Assembly (NCBI GenBank): GCA_963844735.1 | Contig: CAWJPK010000003.1 | Span: forward strand, 123,640-187,639 | Length of the DNA stretch: 64,000 nt | From: Vulcanimicrobiota bacterium | GTDB lineage: Bacteria; Vulcanimicrobiota; Vulcanimicrobiia; Vulcanimicrobiales; Vulcanimicrobiaceae | Reading direction: 5' to 3' | Shown here: positions 31,253 through 41,481 of the stretch, piece by piece | How positions within the stretch are numbered: the first letter of the stretch is position 1 | Layout: each line of letters begins with the position of its first letter | Notes under the pieces: model-generated | What the model was told of the DNA's origin: nothing | Databases searched by the model: none | What the model saw: the letters and a program-made list of their open reading frames with translations, nothing else | Position numbers and translations under genes: made by a program

Positions 31253-34200
31253 GTTGCTACTCCGAGGCCACGTTCGGTGACCTCAGCCGGGGGATGCGTT
31301 TCCGCCTGCCGCTGTTCCTTAGGAACCTTCCAATCGCGTGGCGCCAGCCACATGTAGGCGACCGGGACGAGGAGCAGGGTCAGGAACAGCGAGCTCAGGA
31401 CGCCGCCGATGATAACGGTGCCGAGGCTCGTGCGCGCGCCGGAACCCGGCTCGAAGCCGAGGGCGAGCGGAATGTTGGCGGCGACGATCGAGAAGCTCGT
31501 CATGATGATCGGGCGGAACCGCGTGTGCGCGCTTTCTCTGATTGCAGCCAGCTTGTCGAGCCCGCGCGAGCGCAACGTGTTGGCGTAGTCGACGAGAAGG
31601 ATGCCGTTCTTCGTCGCGATACCGATCAGCAAGATCGATCCGATCAGCGAGAAGAGGTTGAGCGTCTTGTGCGTCACCATCAGGGCGGTCAACGCACCAA
31701 CCGCGGCGACCGGAACAGAGAACATGATGATGAACGGCGAGCTGTAGCTGTTGTACAGCGCGACCATCAGCAAGAAGACGAGGACGACCGAGAAGATCAT
31801 CGACGCTCCCAAGCCCTTTAGCGTCTGGTTCATGAATTCTTGTGAACCAAGCGGCGCAGGCTTGACCGTAATGTTTGGCGGTAGATGCAGCGAGGGCAAC
31901 TGCTTGAAGAACGCGTTCTGCACGGCCGAGAGCGATGATCCCGGGATGTAGTTGCCGTTCACGTGCACGACGTTGTAACGGTCGACGCGCGTGATGATTG
32001 GCGGCGACGGCTCGTAACGGAGCGTCGTAAAGTCACCGAGATGCACGATCGCACCGGTTTGCGATCGAATCGGTATCGCAGCCAGGGTTCGGATGTCGGT
32101 CTGCAAGTCGGTCGGATAGATCACTTGGACTTGTTCGAGGCCCGCCGGCGTCTCGAATTGCGTCACCTGATTGCCGCCGAACGCTGCACCGGCGGCGTTT
32201 GCCGCTTGCCCGATATCAACGTTGAGCGCGTTCATTTTCGTGCGATCGAAGATGACCTCGATTTGCGGCGCAAGCTGGCTCCCGGAGCTGCTGACGTGCG
32301 TCGCCGTTGGGATGCTCTTGAGGAGCGCCAGAACTTTTTGCGCGGCGTACGTCGGGTCACCGCCCAAGAGGTCGGAGACGATCATGTCGATCGGCTGTTG
32401 ATTACCGCCCGACGTCGTGGTCGAGGGCACAGCGACGTTATCGGCTTGCGGCATGATCTTTCGTGCCTCTTTTCCGAATTCGTTCGCCCACCACTCGGTC
32501 GATTGCTTGCGCGCATCCTTGAGGTAAATAGTGATTTGTCCGACGTTTCCCTGATACACGTACGCGCCGAAAGACGCCGAGTACGAACCGGCCGACGTCG
32601 CTTCGCCGTCGACGTCATTCTGTTGATCGATCCAGTGCTCGAGCTTGAAGAGGTACGTTTTAACGGTCTCGAGCGGCGTGCCGACGGGGAAGACCGATTG
32701 AATGTATATCTGTCCGCGATCCGTCTTCGGGACGAATTCTTCACCAACGAGTCCGAGCGGAACGAGCGCGATCGAGCCGACGAACGAAGCCGCGCAAACA
32801 AGCGCGACGGCCGCCTTGTGTTCGAGCGCCCACGGAAGGGCGCTGTGCACGTACCATTCACGAGCGTTATCGAAGAACTTTCCGAACGCATCGACGACCT
32901 TTGGAGCCTTCCAGTGCGAGCGCAGTGCCCACAAGCCCGCCAGCGTCGGCGTGATCGTGAACGATACGAACAGCGAGGTCAGCGTCGAGATGACGACGAC
33001 GATCGCGAACTCCCACAGGAACCGTCCGACTTGGCCCTGGACGAAGGCGATCGGGAAGAAAACCACGACGTCGACGAGCGTGATGACGACCGCAGCCGCA
33101 CCGATCTCTTGCCGGCCGTTGACCGCAGCATCCTCGGGCGATTCGTGCAGCTCGGTGAAGTGACGCTCGATGTTCTCGAGGACGACGGTCGAGTCGTCGA
33201 CGAGGATTCCGATGACGAGCGACATCCCGAGCAGCGAGATCAAGTCGAGCGTCATCCCGAAAAGCTTCATCGCCGTGACCGCGATCGCAAGCGAAGTCGG
33301 GATCGCGATGCAGACGACGATTGCGTTTCGCCACGAACGCAAGAAGAAGAGCATCGCAATGCCGGTGAGGATCATCGCCTCGGTCAGCGTTCGCGTGACG
33401 AGATCGATCTGTTGCGTCGTGAAGCGCGACTGCGTGTTTAGGAGCTTGAACTGCAGCTCGGGGAATTGTTTCTCGATTTGCGGCATCGCCGCAAGAACGT
33501 TGTCCGAGGAATCGACTTCGCTGGCGTCCGCGGCTTTTTGTACGAACATGAACATGCCGGGCCGGCCGTTGACCTGCGCGTAGCGGCGCCGGGGCTCGGT
33601 GCCGGACACGACGCTGGCGACGTCACCGATACGCGTGACCGCGTTGCTCGCCGTCCACGTGTCGATGCCGCCGGCTAGCGTGCTGAGTCCAGCCGGCGCG
33701 GCGTTGCCCGAGACGATCACCGGAAGGTTCGAGATTGTACTCGGCGTTGTGATGTCACCGCGCACGTCGATCGAAGTCTCGCGGTTCGGTGCGTATGCGA
33801 TCCCACCGGGAACGCGGTTGTTGTCGTTCGTCAGCGTGTTGATGAGATCGTTGAGGGTCAAACCGCGGGCGGCCAGCTTCGTGGGATTCGCGTAGACTTC
33901 ATATGCCGGGACCGCGTCGCCGCCGATAAGCACGTTCGAGACGCCCTTGATCTGCTGAATGCGCGGGACGATGACGTTGTCGACCAACAGCGAGAGCTGA
34001 CCGATCGTCAGCTTGGGCGAGAACACGCCGAAGCTGACGACGACCGATTGGCTTGGATCGCGAATTTGAAGAACCGGCGGTTGGATATTGGTGGGAAGCT
34101 GTTTTTCTGCGGCTTGAATGGCCTTTTGCGTCAGCGCGACGTCGGTCGCTACGTCCGAGCCGAGGTAGTAGACTGCAACGATCGTCGCTGTGCCTTGCTG

Positions 34201-34452
34201 CACGGTCGAGTTGATCGTCTGCAGGTCGGTGGTTCCCGCCAGCTGCTGTTCGATCGGCTGGACGATATTGTCGCGCATCTCCGTAACGGAGGCACCGTTG
34301 TCTTGCACGTTGATGCTGACCGTCGGCTGCGAAGTGTTGGGGAACAGCTGCTTGACGATAGTCGTCGTCGAGACGACGCCGGCGAACGTCATCAGCGCGA
34401 TAATGACGAAAACGAGCGTCGGGCGGTTGACGAAGAGCCGAGTAAGACTCAC
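31249..34452 (-). CDS. RND efflux transporter (AcrB/HAE1-type)
   Basis: 1067 aa with 12 TM helices and two large loops. GTGA overlap with the MFP gene. Confidence 0.9.
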   Translation of the reverse strand: MSLTRLFVNRPTLVFVIIALMTFAGVVSTTTIVKQLFPNTSQPTVSINVQDNGASVTEMRDNIVQPIEQQLAGTTDLQTINSTVQQGTATIVAVYYLGSDVATDVALTQKAIQAAEKQLPTNIQPPVLQIRDPSQSVVVSFGVFSPKLTIGQLSLLVDNVIVPRIQQIKGVSNVLIGGDAVPAYEVYANPTKLAARGLTLNDLINTLTNDNNRVPGGIAYAPNRETSIDVRGDITTPSTISNLPVIVSGNAAPAGLSTLAGGIDTWTASNAVTRIGDVASVVSGTEPRRRYAQVNGRPGMFMFVQKAADASEVDSSDNVLAAMPQIEKQFPELQFKLLNTQSRFTTQQIDLVTRTLTEAMILTGIAMLFFLRSWRNAIVVCIAIPTSLAIAVTAMKLFGMTLDLISLLGMSLVIGILVDDSTVVLENIERHFTELHESPEDAAVNGRQEIGAAAVVITLVDVVVFFPIAFVQGQVGRFLWEFAIVVVISTLTSLFVSFTITPTLAGLWALRSHWKAPKVVDAFGKFFDNAREWYVHSALPWALEHKAAVALVCAASFVGSIALVPLGLVGEEFVPKTDRGQIYIQSVFPVGTPLETVKTYLFKLEHWIDQQNDVDGEATSAGSYSASFGAYVYQGNVGQITIYLKDARKQSTEWWANEFGKEARKIMPQADNVAVPSTTTSGGNQQPIDMIVSDLLGGDPTYAAQKVLALLKSIPTATHVSSSGSQLAPQIEVIFDRTKMNALNVDIGQAANAAGAAFGGNQVTQFETPAGLEQVQVIYPTDLQTDIRTLAAIPIRSQTGAIVHLGDFTTLRYEPSPPIITRVDRYNVVHVNGNYIPGSSLSAVQNAFFKQLPSLHLPPNITVKPAPLGSQEFMNQTLKGLGASMIFSVVLVFLLMVALYNSYSSPFIIMFSVPVAAVGALTALMVTHKTLNLFSLIGSILLIGIATKNGILLVDYANTLRSRGLDKLAAIRESAHTRFRPIIMTSFSIVAANIPLALGFEPGSGARTSLGTVIIGGVLSSLFLTLLLVPVAYMWLAPRDWKVPKEQRQAETHPPAEVTERGLGVAT

Positions 34453-35717
34453 TTGAACGCGACTTTTTCGCCGTCGCCGACGCTGGATTGACCGTCGCTC
34501 ACGACGCGAGTGCCGGCGGTGAGCCCGCGCACGACCGCATTCGTTCCGTCATCGGCCAGCTCGACAACGTCTAACGCGTGTACGACGCCTTGATCGTCGA
34601 CGCTCAGAACGCGATCGCGGTTGGGACTCGTGAACGCGGTTACCGGCACGCGAACGCCGCGAACCATCGCAAGGTCGACGTTCCCGAGAACGGCCATGCC
34701 GGGGCGCAACGTGCCGCGCGCATTCTGGAGCTGAACCTTCACTTCAAAATTCGTCGAGCCGGGGACGATTTGATTGAGTATCCCGACGACCGGTCCGTCC
34801 ACTTTTTGGCCGCCGAGATCAGAAACCGATATGGTTGCGAGCGCCCCTTGCGGGATTCGCGCGACCTGTTGTCCGGAGGCTTGCAGCACGGCATACAACG
34901 GATCGACCTGCTGCAGCGTGAAGAGCTGGCGCGTTCCCGGATATTCACCTGGATTGAGATTGCGGTTTACGACGATGCCGTCGACCGGCGAGACGATCTT
35001 GGCTTTGTCGATCGAGACTTGCACCTGGCGCGCGTTCGCAAGCGCTTGCGCTTCTTGCGCACGCGATTGCTCGATCGCGGATTGTTGCAGGCCCGGCGCC
35101 GCAATCGACGAGCCGTTCGCCTGGACGTTCGATTGCGCAGAAGATTGCGAAGATTGCGCGGAGCGCAGAGCTTGCTGGTCGTTGTGAACCAGCGTCTCTT
35201 GCTGATCGACGGTCTGCTGCGCGATGAATCCGCTCGAAAGCAGTTGTTGATCGCGCGTGAGCGTCAGGCTGTCGAAAGCGAGTGTTTTCTGGGCCTGTTG
35301 TACCGCAGCGCTCGCGCCGCTCAGCGTATCGACGCCCTGCGAAATGGAGAGCTTTCCTTGATAGACGGTGTGCGACGTGTTCGCCGCATCGGCATGTGCC
35401 GTCGCGACGTCGGATTGCAGCTGCGCAACCAGATCTGCCGTGTCGAGGAGGGCGATTACCTGCCCCTTGCGTACGCGATCGCCTTCGTTGACGTAAACGG
35501 CATCGGTCGGTTCGGTGAGCGTCGATTGGATCGCGACGTTCTGGTACGGCGCGATCAGGCCCGGCAGTGGTTCGTTGGGCTTGATGGTCCCGCTCGTGGC
35601 GATCGAGGTTGCCACGAACGGCGTTTGCGCGACCGGTTTGACTGGTTTAGCGCATCCGGCCAGTATGAAGAGCGGCGCCAATAGAAGAAGGCCCACGGCG
35701 CGCGGAAGCCTAGCCAT
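34449..35717 (-). CDS. RND periplasmic adaptor (MFP/HlyD family) lipoprotein
   Basis: The start is taken at MARLPRAVGLLLLAPLFILAGC (lipobox). It has a Gln-rich coiled-coil hairpin and beta-barrel motifs. Confidence 0.85.
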   Translation of the reverse strand: MARLPRAVGLLLLAPLFILAGCAKPVKPVAQTPFVATSIATSGTIKPNEPLPGLIAPYQNVAIQSTLTEPTDAVYVNEGDRVRKGQVIALLDTADLVAQLQSDVATAHADAANTSHTVYQGKLSISQGVDTLSGASAAVQQAQKTLAFDSLTLTRDQQLLSSGFIAQQTVDQQETLVHNDQQALRSAQSSQSSAQSNVQANGSSIAAPGLQQSAIEQSRAQEAQALANARQVQVSIDKAKIVSPVDGIVVNRNLNPGEYPGTRQLFTLQQVDPLYAVLQASGQQVARIPQGALATISVSDLGGQKVDGPVVGILNQIVPGSTNFEVKVQLQNARGTLRPGMAVLGNVDLAMVRGVRVPVTAFTSPNRDRVLSVDDQGVVHALDVVELADDGTNAVVRGLTAGTRVVSDGQSSVGDGEKVAFK

Positions 35718-35821
35718 AAACACCCATCCATCGTACTCGCCACCATGGGAGTCGCCTGGGAAACGCGTCAGCGTCCTCCAAGGATCAGTCGGTACCATCG
35801 GTGAGGGAGCGCCTATTGAAA

Positions 35822-36520
35822 ATGGATTCCACGCCACCGGGAGCCCGCGTTCTGGTCGTCGACGACGAAGTCGCGATCCGAGAGCTGTTGGAGTATGGGT
35901 TGGCGCAAGCCGGTTTCGAAGTGCGCAGTGCCCGGGACGGGCGCGCGGCGCTCGATACGGTGCGTTCGTGGACGCCCGAAGTAATTATCCTCGACGTGAT
36001 GCTGCCTGAGGTCGACGGCTTCACGCTGCTACCAGCTTTGCGGCGCTTGACCGACGTGCCCATCCTCATGCTGAGCGCGAAGACGGCGACCGCCGAAAAG
36101 ATCACCGGGTTGTCGCGGGGTGCGGACGATTATCTCGCAAAGCCGTTCGAGCTGGAAGAGCTCGTCGCGCGCTTGCACTCGGCATTGCGACGGCCGCGAC
36201 TGCAGCTGCGCGAGTCGTTCCGATATTCGGATTTGGTGCTCGACGTCTCGCGGCGCAGCGTTTATCGCGGACAACGGCGCATCGACCTCTCAACGCGCGA
36301 GTTCGATTTACTCCTAACCTTTGTTCAGCATCCCGAACGTGTATTCACGCGCGCACAGCTGCTCGATCTTGTCTGGGGCGTCGATCGCGACGTCGTGCCG
36401 AATACCGTGGAAACCTACGTCTCGTACTTACGCGCGAAGATCGATAGCGGTGAAGAGACGAAATTGATTCAGACGCTGCGCGGCGTCGGGTACGTCTTGC
36501 GAGCCGCAGCGCCGAGCTGA
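35822..36520 (+). CDS. OmpR-family response regulator
   Basis: VLVVDDE..ILDVMLPEVDG..KP receiver domain. Winged helix LTxREFDLL..TVETYVSYLRAKI. Confidence 0.9.
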   Translation: MDSTPPGARVLVVDDEVAIRELLEYGLAQAGFEVRSARDGRAALDTVRSWTPEVIILDVMLPEVDGFTLLPALRRLTDVPILMLSAKTATAEKITGLSRGADDYLAKPFELEELVARLHSALRRPRLQLRESFRYSDLVLDVSRRSVYRGQRRIDLSTREFDLLLTFVQHPERVFTRAQLLDLVWGVDRDVVPNTVETYVSYLRAKIDSGEETKLIQTLRGVGYVLRAAAPS

Positions 36521-37927
36521 TGCCACGAATCGGACGGCGGTTGCTGTTGATCGCGACGGTCGAAGTCGCGGTCATTCTGGGCGCGCTGGTGGTTGCGTTC
36601 GCAATCTTTGCGTTCAGCTCGTACGTCGGTGCCGTCGGCGCCGACCTGCGCGCGACGATGATGCAAATCCGCGACGAAATCCCGGACGGCGCCTCCTTGA
36701 GCGCCGCCGAGATGGCGCGCTCCGTCGGCAACCGTTATCTGCGGGGCGATGCGTTGATCGTATTCGTCGACGGCTCCGAGCGCGTCTCGTTGTATCGCAG
36801 TTCTCGCCCCGATACGCCACCAGTCATGTTGACACGGCAGCGCGGCGATTTTTCCGGCGACCCGAAGGCTAGCGGTCCGCTCGCGCAGCCGATGCTCGGT
36901 CTTGCATATGCATTCGGCTTGCAATGGGTGCGAGCGCGCATCGATCGCGTCGACGTGATCGTGCGACCCAACGACGTCGTGTTCTTTTCGGCCGTCGACC
37001 GGTTTATTTTTCCGCTCATCGTGGCGCTAATTTTTGCGCTCGCCGTCGCGTATGCGATTGCTCGGATTCTCACGACGCAAATGCTGCAGCCACTGCTTGC
37101 AGTCACTGCCGCCCTCGAACGTTTTGCATCCGGCGATTTGACGCCGCAGCCGATCGGCGCCGATCCGCGTAAGGAATTCGGACGGCTCGCGATCGCCTAC
37201 AACGGCGCGATCGAGCAAATGGAGCGCGCTTTTGCCGAGCGCGAGCGCGTCAACGCGTCGATGCGTCAATTCATTGCCGATGCCGGCCATCAGTTGCGAA
37301 CGCCGCTGACCGTGATCCGCGGCTTTCTTGGGATCCTCTTGCGGGGCGAGCTGCGCTCGCCGAGCGATCGCGAGCGCATCCTGGAGACGATGAGCAGCCA
37401 GACGCAAATCATGGGCTCCCTAATCGAAAAGCTGATGCTGCTCGAACAATGGGAGAGCGTGGGTCCCGCCCAGGTCGAGCCGATCGACGTCGGGCAGCTC
37501 GTTAACGACGTTACTGCGCCTATCGCCGAGGCCAACTCAGGGCGCGCCCTACACATCGATGCGCCCTCGGGGCCGCTGGCCGCGATCGACCCCGGCGATC
37601 TGACCCACGCCGTCACCAACCTGCTTGATAACGCGCTGAAATATACGCGACGGCTCGATCGACGTCGGTGTGCGGGCCGAAAACGGCCGTGTAGCCGTCG
37701 ATGTCGCCGACGAGGGGCCCGGGATCGACGCGCAGGCCGCCGTCCACGTCTTCGACCGTTTCTATCGAGGGGACAACCGCGACATTCCGGGGTCCGGCTT
37801 GGGCCTGGCTATTGCCAAACGCGCGATCGAACGGGCCGGCGGGACGCTGACGCTCCAAACGGATCCGGGGCAAGGGTCGCGTTTCACGATAACGCTCCCG
37901 AGAATCGATGTGACATCCGACATCTAG
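36520..37927 (+). CDS. Sensor histidine kinase with one frameshift near 37647
   Basis: TGATG overlap with the regulator. 2 TM helices, HAMP, and H-box DAGHQLRTPLT. The frame is lost after NALKYT, and the G-boxes (DEGPGI..GSGLGLAI) continue in ORF 37670..37927. Confidence 0.85.
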
Positions 37928-37945
37928 ACGGCACCCGGGGCCAGA

Positions 37946-38629
37946 GTGCTACGCTTGGGTTGGGGTGTAGTCATGCTAGCGGAACTAGTCGGGTGGTATG
38001 CCGGGCGTGAGGAAAACCGCCGGCGTTATCCACGTGTCAAACGCGATTACGACGCGCAGTGGTCGCTGGACGCGGGCCATTCATGGCGTCCTCTGAATGG
38101 CGTCGATGTCAGCGGCGGCGGGATGTGCGCGAACAGCGAGCGCGAGATCCCGAACGTGATCGTCGATATTGCGATGACGCTCCGGGGCAAGAACGTGCGG
38201 CTCAAAGCTCAGCCGATGTGGCATACGGATGTTTCGCAAGGCAACAAGCGTGCGATCTGTTACGGCTTTCAGTTCACGAGCGTCGGCTGCGACGACTGGG
38301 ACGCGATCATGCAGTGGATCACCGGATCCGACTCGCCCGAGATGGCCAACATGCCGCAAGCGCGCATTGAGGAATCCGAGGTCGCGCATCTCGTTCCGCG
38401 CGAGCTGCGTGAGAAATTACTCAACGAGCTCGTAAACCGTTATCGCTTCGACCGCAAGACGTCACCGACCGCGCAGTTCGACTACGGCGGGATCACGCAC
38501 GCGAACGGTCACCCCATGCACAAGCTGACGATTCACACGAGAATGAAAACGTCGGGGGGCGAAGAGGTACGCTATTCGACGCTCTTCTTGTGCGACGAAT
38601 CCGGCAACGAAATCGCCGTCCAAAACTAG
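37946..38629 (+). CDS. PilZ-domain protein with an uncharacterised C-terminal half
   Basis: RRRYPRV and DVSGGG are the c-di-GMP-binding signatures. The start may instead be the Met at 37973. Confidence 0.7.
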   Translation: MLRLGWGVVMLAELVGWYAGREENRRRYPRVKRDYDAQWSLDAGHSWRPLNGVDVSGGGMCANSEREIPNVIVDIAMTLRGKNVRLKAQPMWHTDVSQGNKRAICYGFQFTSVGCDDWDAIMQWITGSDSPEMANMPQARIEESEVAHLVPRELREKLLNELVNRYRFDRKTSPTAQFDYGGITHANGHPMHKLTIHTRMKTSGGEEVRYSTLFLCDESGNEIAVQN

Positions 38630-39417
38630 GGCGCGACGGGAGTTAAGCTCACCTCGTCGATGATCTCGCCGGCGCGCGTAATCGCGCGGTCGAGCGCTTT
38701 TGAATCCGTATCGCTCCATGCTCGGGTGCCGTAAACGGAGATCCATGCGACCGGTTTCCCGCCGCGCACGATCTCAGATTTCGCGATCTCTTCACCGTCG
38801 CCGGAACGCTTCGTTTCGGCCGCCGGCTTCGACGGCTCCAAGCCAAACGACCCCAAGTCGACGTGAATTGCGACGCGGCTTGCCCGCGTTGCGTCGATCA
38901 GTTCTTTGAGAACTTCGGTCATCTCCGCGTTGAAGCTCGATATCAGCAGCGGAGGCAACGCGCCCTTCGTGAGCTGCGCATGGAGCGTGTGCCAGTCGTC
39001 GAGATCGTTGAGCAACGTCGCGTCCAGGATGCTCTCGTCATCGAGGCCCACGAACGTGCGCTGGGCTTTGGCCATCAGCAGCGGCTTGTCGCGACGTATG
39101 CTCTCGTTGTGCTTGCGAATCGATTCGGCGTTGAGGTTCTTTGCGTTCTTACGCACCCATGCTTCGGTTTCGAGATACGACGGATGCTGCGTGCTGACGA
39201 ATTCGATGAACGCGTCACGGTCGAATCCGAGTGCCACCGCCGTGATCTCGTCGAATCCGCCGGTTCCGTGCCGATAGCCGGCCGGAAGCCGCCCATTTGC
39301 GTGGAGCAAAACCTTCAGCCACATCCGAGGCAGGTGGCAAACGCCGAGCGGGCCGACCGCCGAGGTACTGACGATCGGGACGACGGGCGGTGTGCCGCCA
39401 TTTTTTGAGGTCGCCAT
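38626..39417 (-). CDS. Hypothetical protein with a DUF5069-like N-terminal domain
   Basis: The start is taken at MATSKNGG. It contains GVCHLPRMWLKVLL..GYRHGTGGFDE..LGFDRDAF. The family name is from memory. Confidence 0.6.
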   Translation of the reverse strand: MATSKNGGTPPVVPIVSTSAVGPLGVCHLPRMWLKVLLHANGRLPAGYRHGTGGFDEITAVALGFDRDAFIEFVSTQHPSYLETEAWVRKNAKNLNAESIRKHNESIRRDKPLLMAKAQRTFVGLDDESILDATLLNDLDDWHTLHAQLTKGALPPLLISSFNAEMTEVLKELIDATRASRVAIHVDLGSFGLEPSKPAAETKRSGDGEEIAKSEIVRGGKPVAWISVYGTRAWSDTDSKALDRAITRAGEIIDEVSLTPVAP

Positions 39418-39473
39418 GGCGGGTCGGCTTTTGGTGCCAGGCACCTGGCACCTTGCGGCGACACGCTGGGGTC

Positions 39474-40097
39474 GTGGCAAAGCTGTACTTCCGCTATTCG
39501 GCGATGAACGCCGGCAAGTCGACCGCACTCCTACAGGTCGCACACAATTACGAACAGCTCGGACACGAGGTCGCAATCTTCACCTCGCACCTCGATGACC
39601 GATTTGGAACCGGGCAGATTACGTCGCGTCTGGGGATCCAGCGCCGTGCTGCAACGTTCGATGGGAAGTTCGATTTTCTCGAGACGTTCGAATCGCGATC
39701 GGTCGAGGAGTTCGCGTGCATCCTCGTCGACGAAGCCCAATTTCTCACGCGCGAACAAGTGCGCCAATTGCACCGCATCGCGCACGTCGGCGAGATTCCG
39801 GTGATCTGCTACGGGATTCGCAGCGACTTCTTAGGCGAGCCGTTCCCGGGCGCGGCGTATCTTCTGACGCTCGCCGATAGTCTCGAAGAGCTGAAAACCG
39901 TCTGCCTGTGCGGACGGAAAGCGACGATGAATCCGCGTGTCGACGCGTGCGGAAATCGCATCACGCTCGGAGAGCAAATCGGAATCGAAGGCGAGCATCA
40001 ATACATCACGCTGTGCGGGGCGTGCTTTTATAAAGACCAGGCTGTCCCTCGACTACGAGCCTTCGGCTCTACGCTCGAGATGACAAAAGGGGCGTAG
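39474..40097 (+). CDS. tdk: Thymidine kinase
   Basis: MNAGKST P-loop, VDEAQF, and a C-terminal Cys cluster CLCG..CGAC. GTG start at 39474. Confidence 0.9.
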   Translation: MAKLYFRYSAMNAGKSTALLQVAHNYEQLGHEVAIFTSHLDDRFGTGQITSRLGIQRRAATFDGKFDFLETFESRSVEEFACILVDEAQFLTREQVRQLHRIAHVGEIPVICYGIRSDFLGEPFPGAAYLLTLADSLEELKTVCLCGRKATMNPRVDACGNRITLGEQIGIEGEHQYITLCGACFYKDQAVPRLRAFGSTLEMTKGA

Positions 40098-41481
40098 GCT
40101 CTTCGCCGAGATCCCAAAACAGCGAGGTCATCATCAACAGTGCCTCGCGCGCAACCGACGCGAGGAGATGCTCGTTGACGGCGTGCTGCGAGCACGCCGG
40201 ATAGGAATGCGGAATCCAAATCGTCGGCAAGCCGAGATCGTGGGCGAAAACGGCGTTCGGTAACGAGCCGCCGAGATTCGGCAAGATCGCGACATCTTTG
40301 TTCGTCGCACGCGCAAGCGACGCAGCGATCCACGCCACCCACGGATTGTCCGGATCGAGACGCGTTGCGTCGAAGTAGCCTTTCTTCGCACGCTGCAGCT
40401 GCACGACATCGAAGCCGCGTTCGTCGAGATGCCGTCGAAGCGCCGGCAGAAATCCTTCGGGATCGCTGCCGACGACGAACCGGATCGAGCAATGCGCGCC
40501 GGCTTTGCCCGGAATCGCGTTGACCGGCCGTTCCGGATTGCCCGCGCCGAATGCCAAGATCTCGAACGTGTTCCAGCCGTAGACTTTTTCGGGCGGCGAT
40601 AATCCAGGCTCGCCCCAGTCCGGATCGATCTCCGGCGAATCGTCGCCTTCGCCGATCGCGAGACCGCGCACCAGCTCGCGCACGCGCTCGGGAAGTTCAC
40701 GCGGCAGCCACCCATCGACGAGAATCTGTCCGCGCGGACTCGTCATCGTTGCGAGCGCGTGAACTAAAATAACGGCGGGATTCGCGAGCGCGCCGCCCCA
40801 GTTGCCCGAATGGTGCGAGCCTTCGCGCAGATCGACCGTCATATCGAAATTGAACGAGCCGCGATTGCCCAGGAAAATCGTCGGCCGGTCTGCGGTGATG
40901 CGCGGCCCGTCGGAACCGATGAACACGTCGGCTGCAAGCGCTTTGCGTTCGCGAATGCAAACATCGCGCAGCCCGGGTGAACCGGCTTCCTCGCCCGTTT
41001 CGATCAGGACCTTACAGTTGAATCCGAGCCGTCCGCGCGCCCGAACGACTGCTTCAAGCGCGGCGATGTTGATCAGATGCTGGCCTTTGTTGTCGGCTGC
41101 GCCGCGACCGTAGAGACGATCGCCTTCACGCACCAGCGTCCACGGCGAAAGCCCCTCGCGCCAGCGGCCTTCCATTCCCATCACGACGTCGCCGTGACCG
41201 TACGTCAGCACCGTTGGGAGCGACGCATCTTCGATGCGCTCGGCAAACAGAAATCCGCCTGCGCCGGGACTCGGATTGTCCCAGACGCGGCACGTAAAGC
41301 CGGCGCGCTCGAGCGACGGCGTCAGTTCGCGTTCGAGATACGCGCGCATCACATCAACGCGAACGTCAGCTTGGCTTTCGGTCGGAACTGCAACGCGGCG
41401 CGCGAGATCGGCGACGAAATCGCCGCCGTCGAAATACGCCGCGGCGCGTTCTAGAGCCCCGTTTCCTGCCAAGCGTCCCAA
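40069..41481 (-). CDS. M20-family metallopeptidase or dipeptidase
   Basis: YGHGDVV, GRGAADNKG and ETGEE motifs. TTG start at 41481 or 41472. Confidence 0.8.
   Translation of the reverse strand: MGRLAGNGALERAAAYFDGGDFVADLARRVAVPTESQADVRVDVMRAYLERELTPSLERAGFTCRVWDNPSPGAGGFLFAERIEDASLPTVLTYGHGDVVMGMEGRWREGLSPWTLVREGDRLYGRGAADNKGQHLINIAALEAVVRARGRLGFNCKVLIETGEEAGSPGLRDVCIRERKALAADVFIGSDGPRITADRPTIFLGNRGSFNFDMTVDLREGSHHSGNWGGALANPAVILVHALATMTSPRGQILVDGWLPRELPERVRELVRGLAIGEGDDSPEIDPDWGEPGLSPPEKVYGWNTFEILAFGAGNPERPVNAIPGKAGAHCSIRFVVGSDPEGFLPALRRHLDERGFDVVQLQRAKKGYFDATRLDPDNPWVAWIAASLARATNKDVAILPNLGGSLPNAVFAHDLGLPTIWIPHSYPACSQHAVNEHLLASVAREALLMMTSLFWDLGEEPTPLLSSRA

Noticed and set aside
31963-35684. 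Long plus-strand ORFs (492 aa and 368 aa) antisense to the RND and MFP genes
   Set aside because: They have an extreme Arg/Asp/Glu composition and no domain signatures. The opposite strand encodes complete, well-recognised proteins.
35718-35821. CCATCG direct repeats in the spacer between the pump and regulator genes, as an OmpR-type operator
   Set aside because: There are only two 6-nt matches, 67 nt apart, which is easily explained by chance without comparative data.
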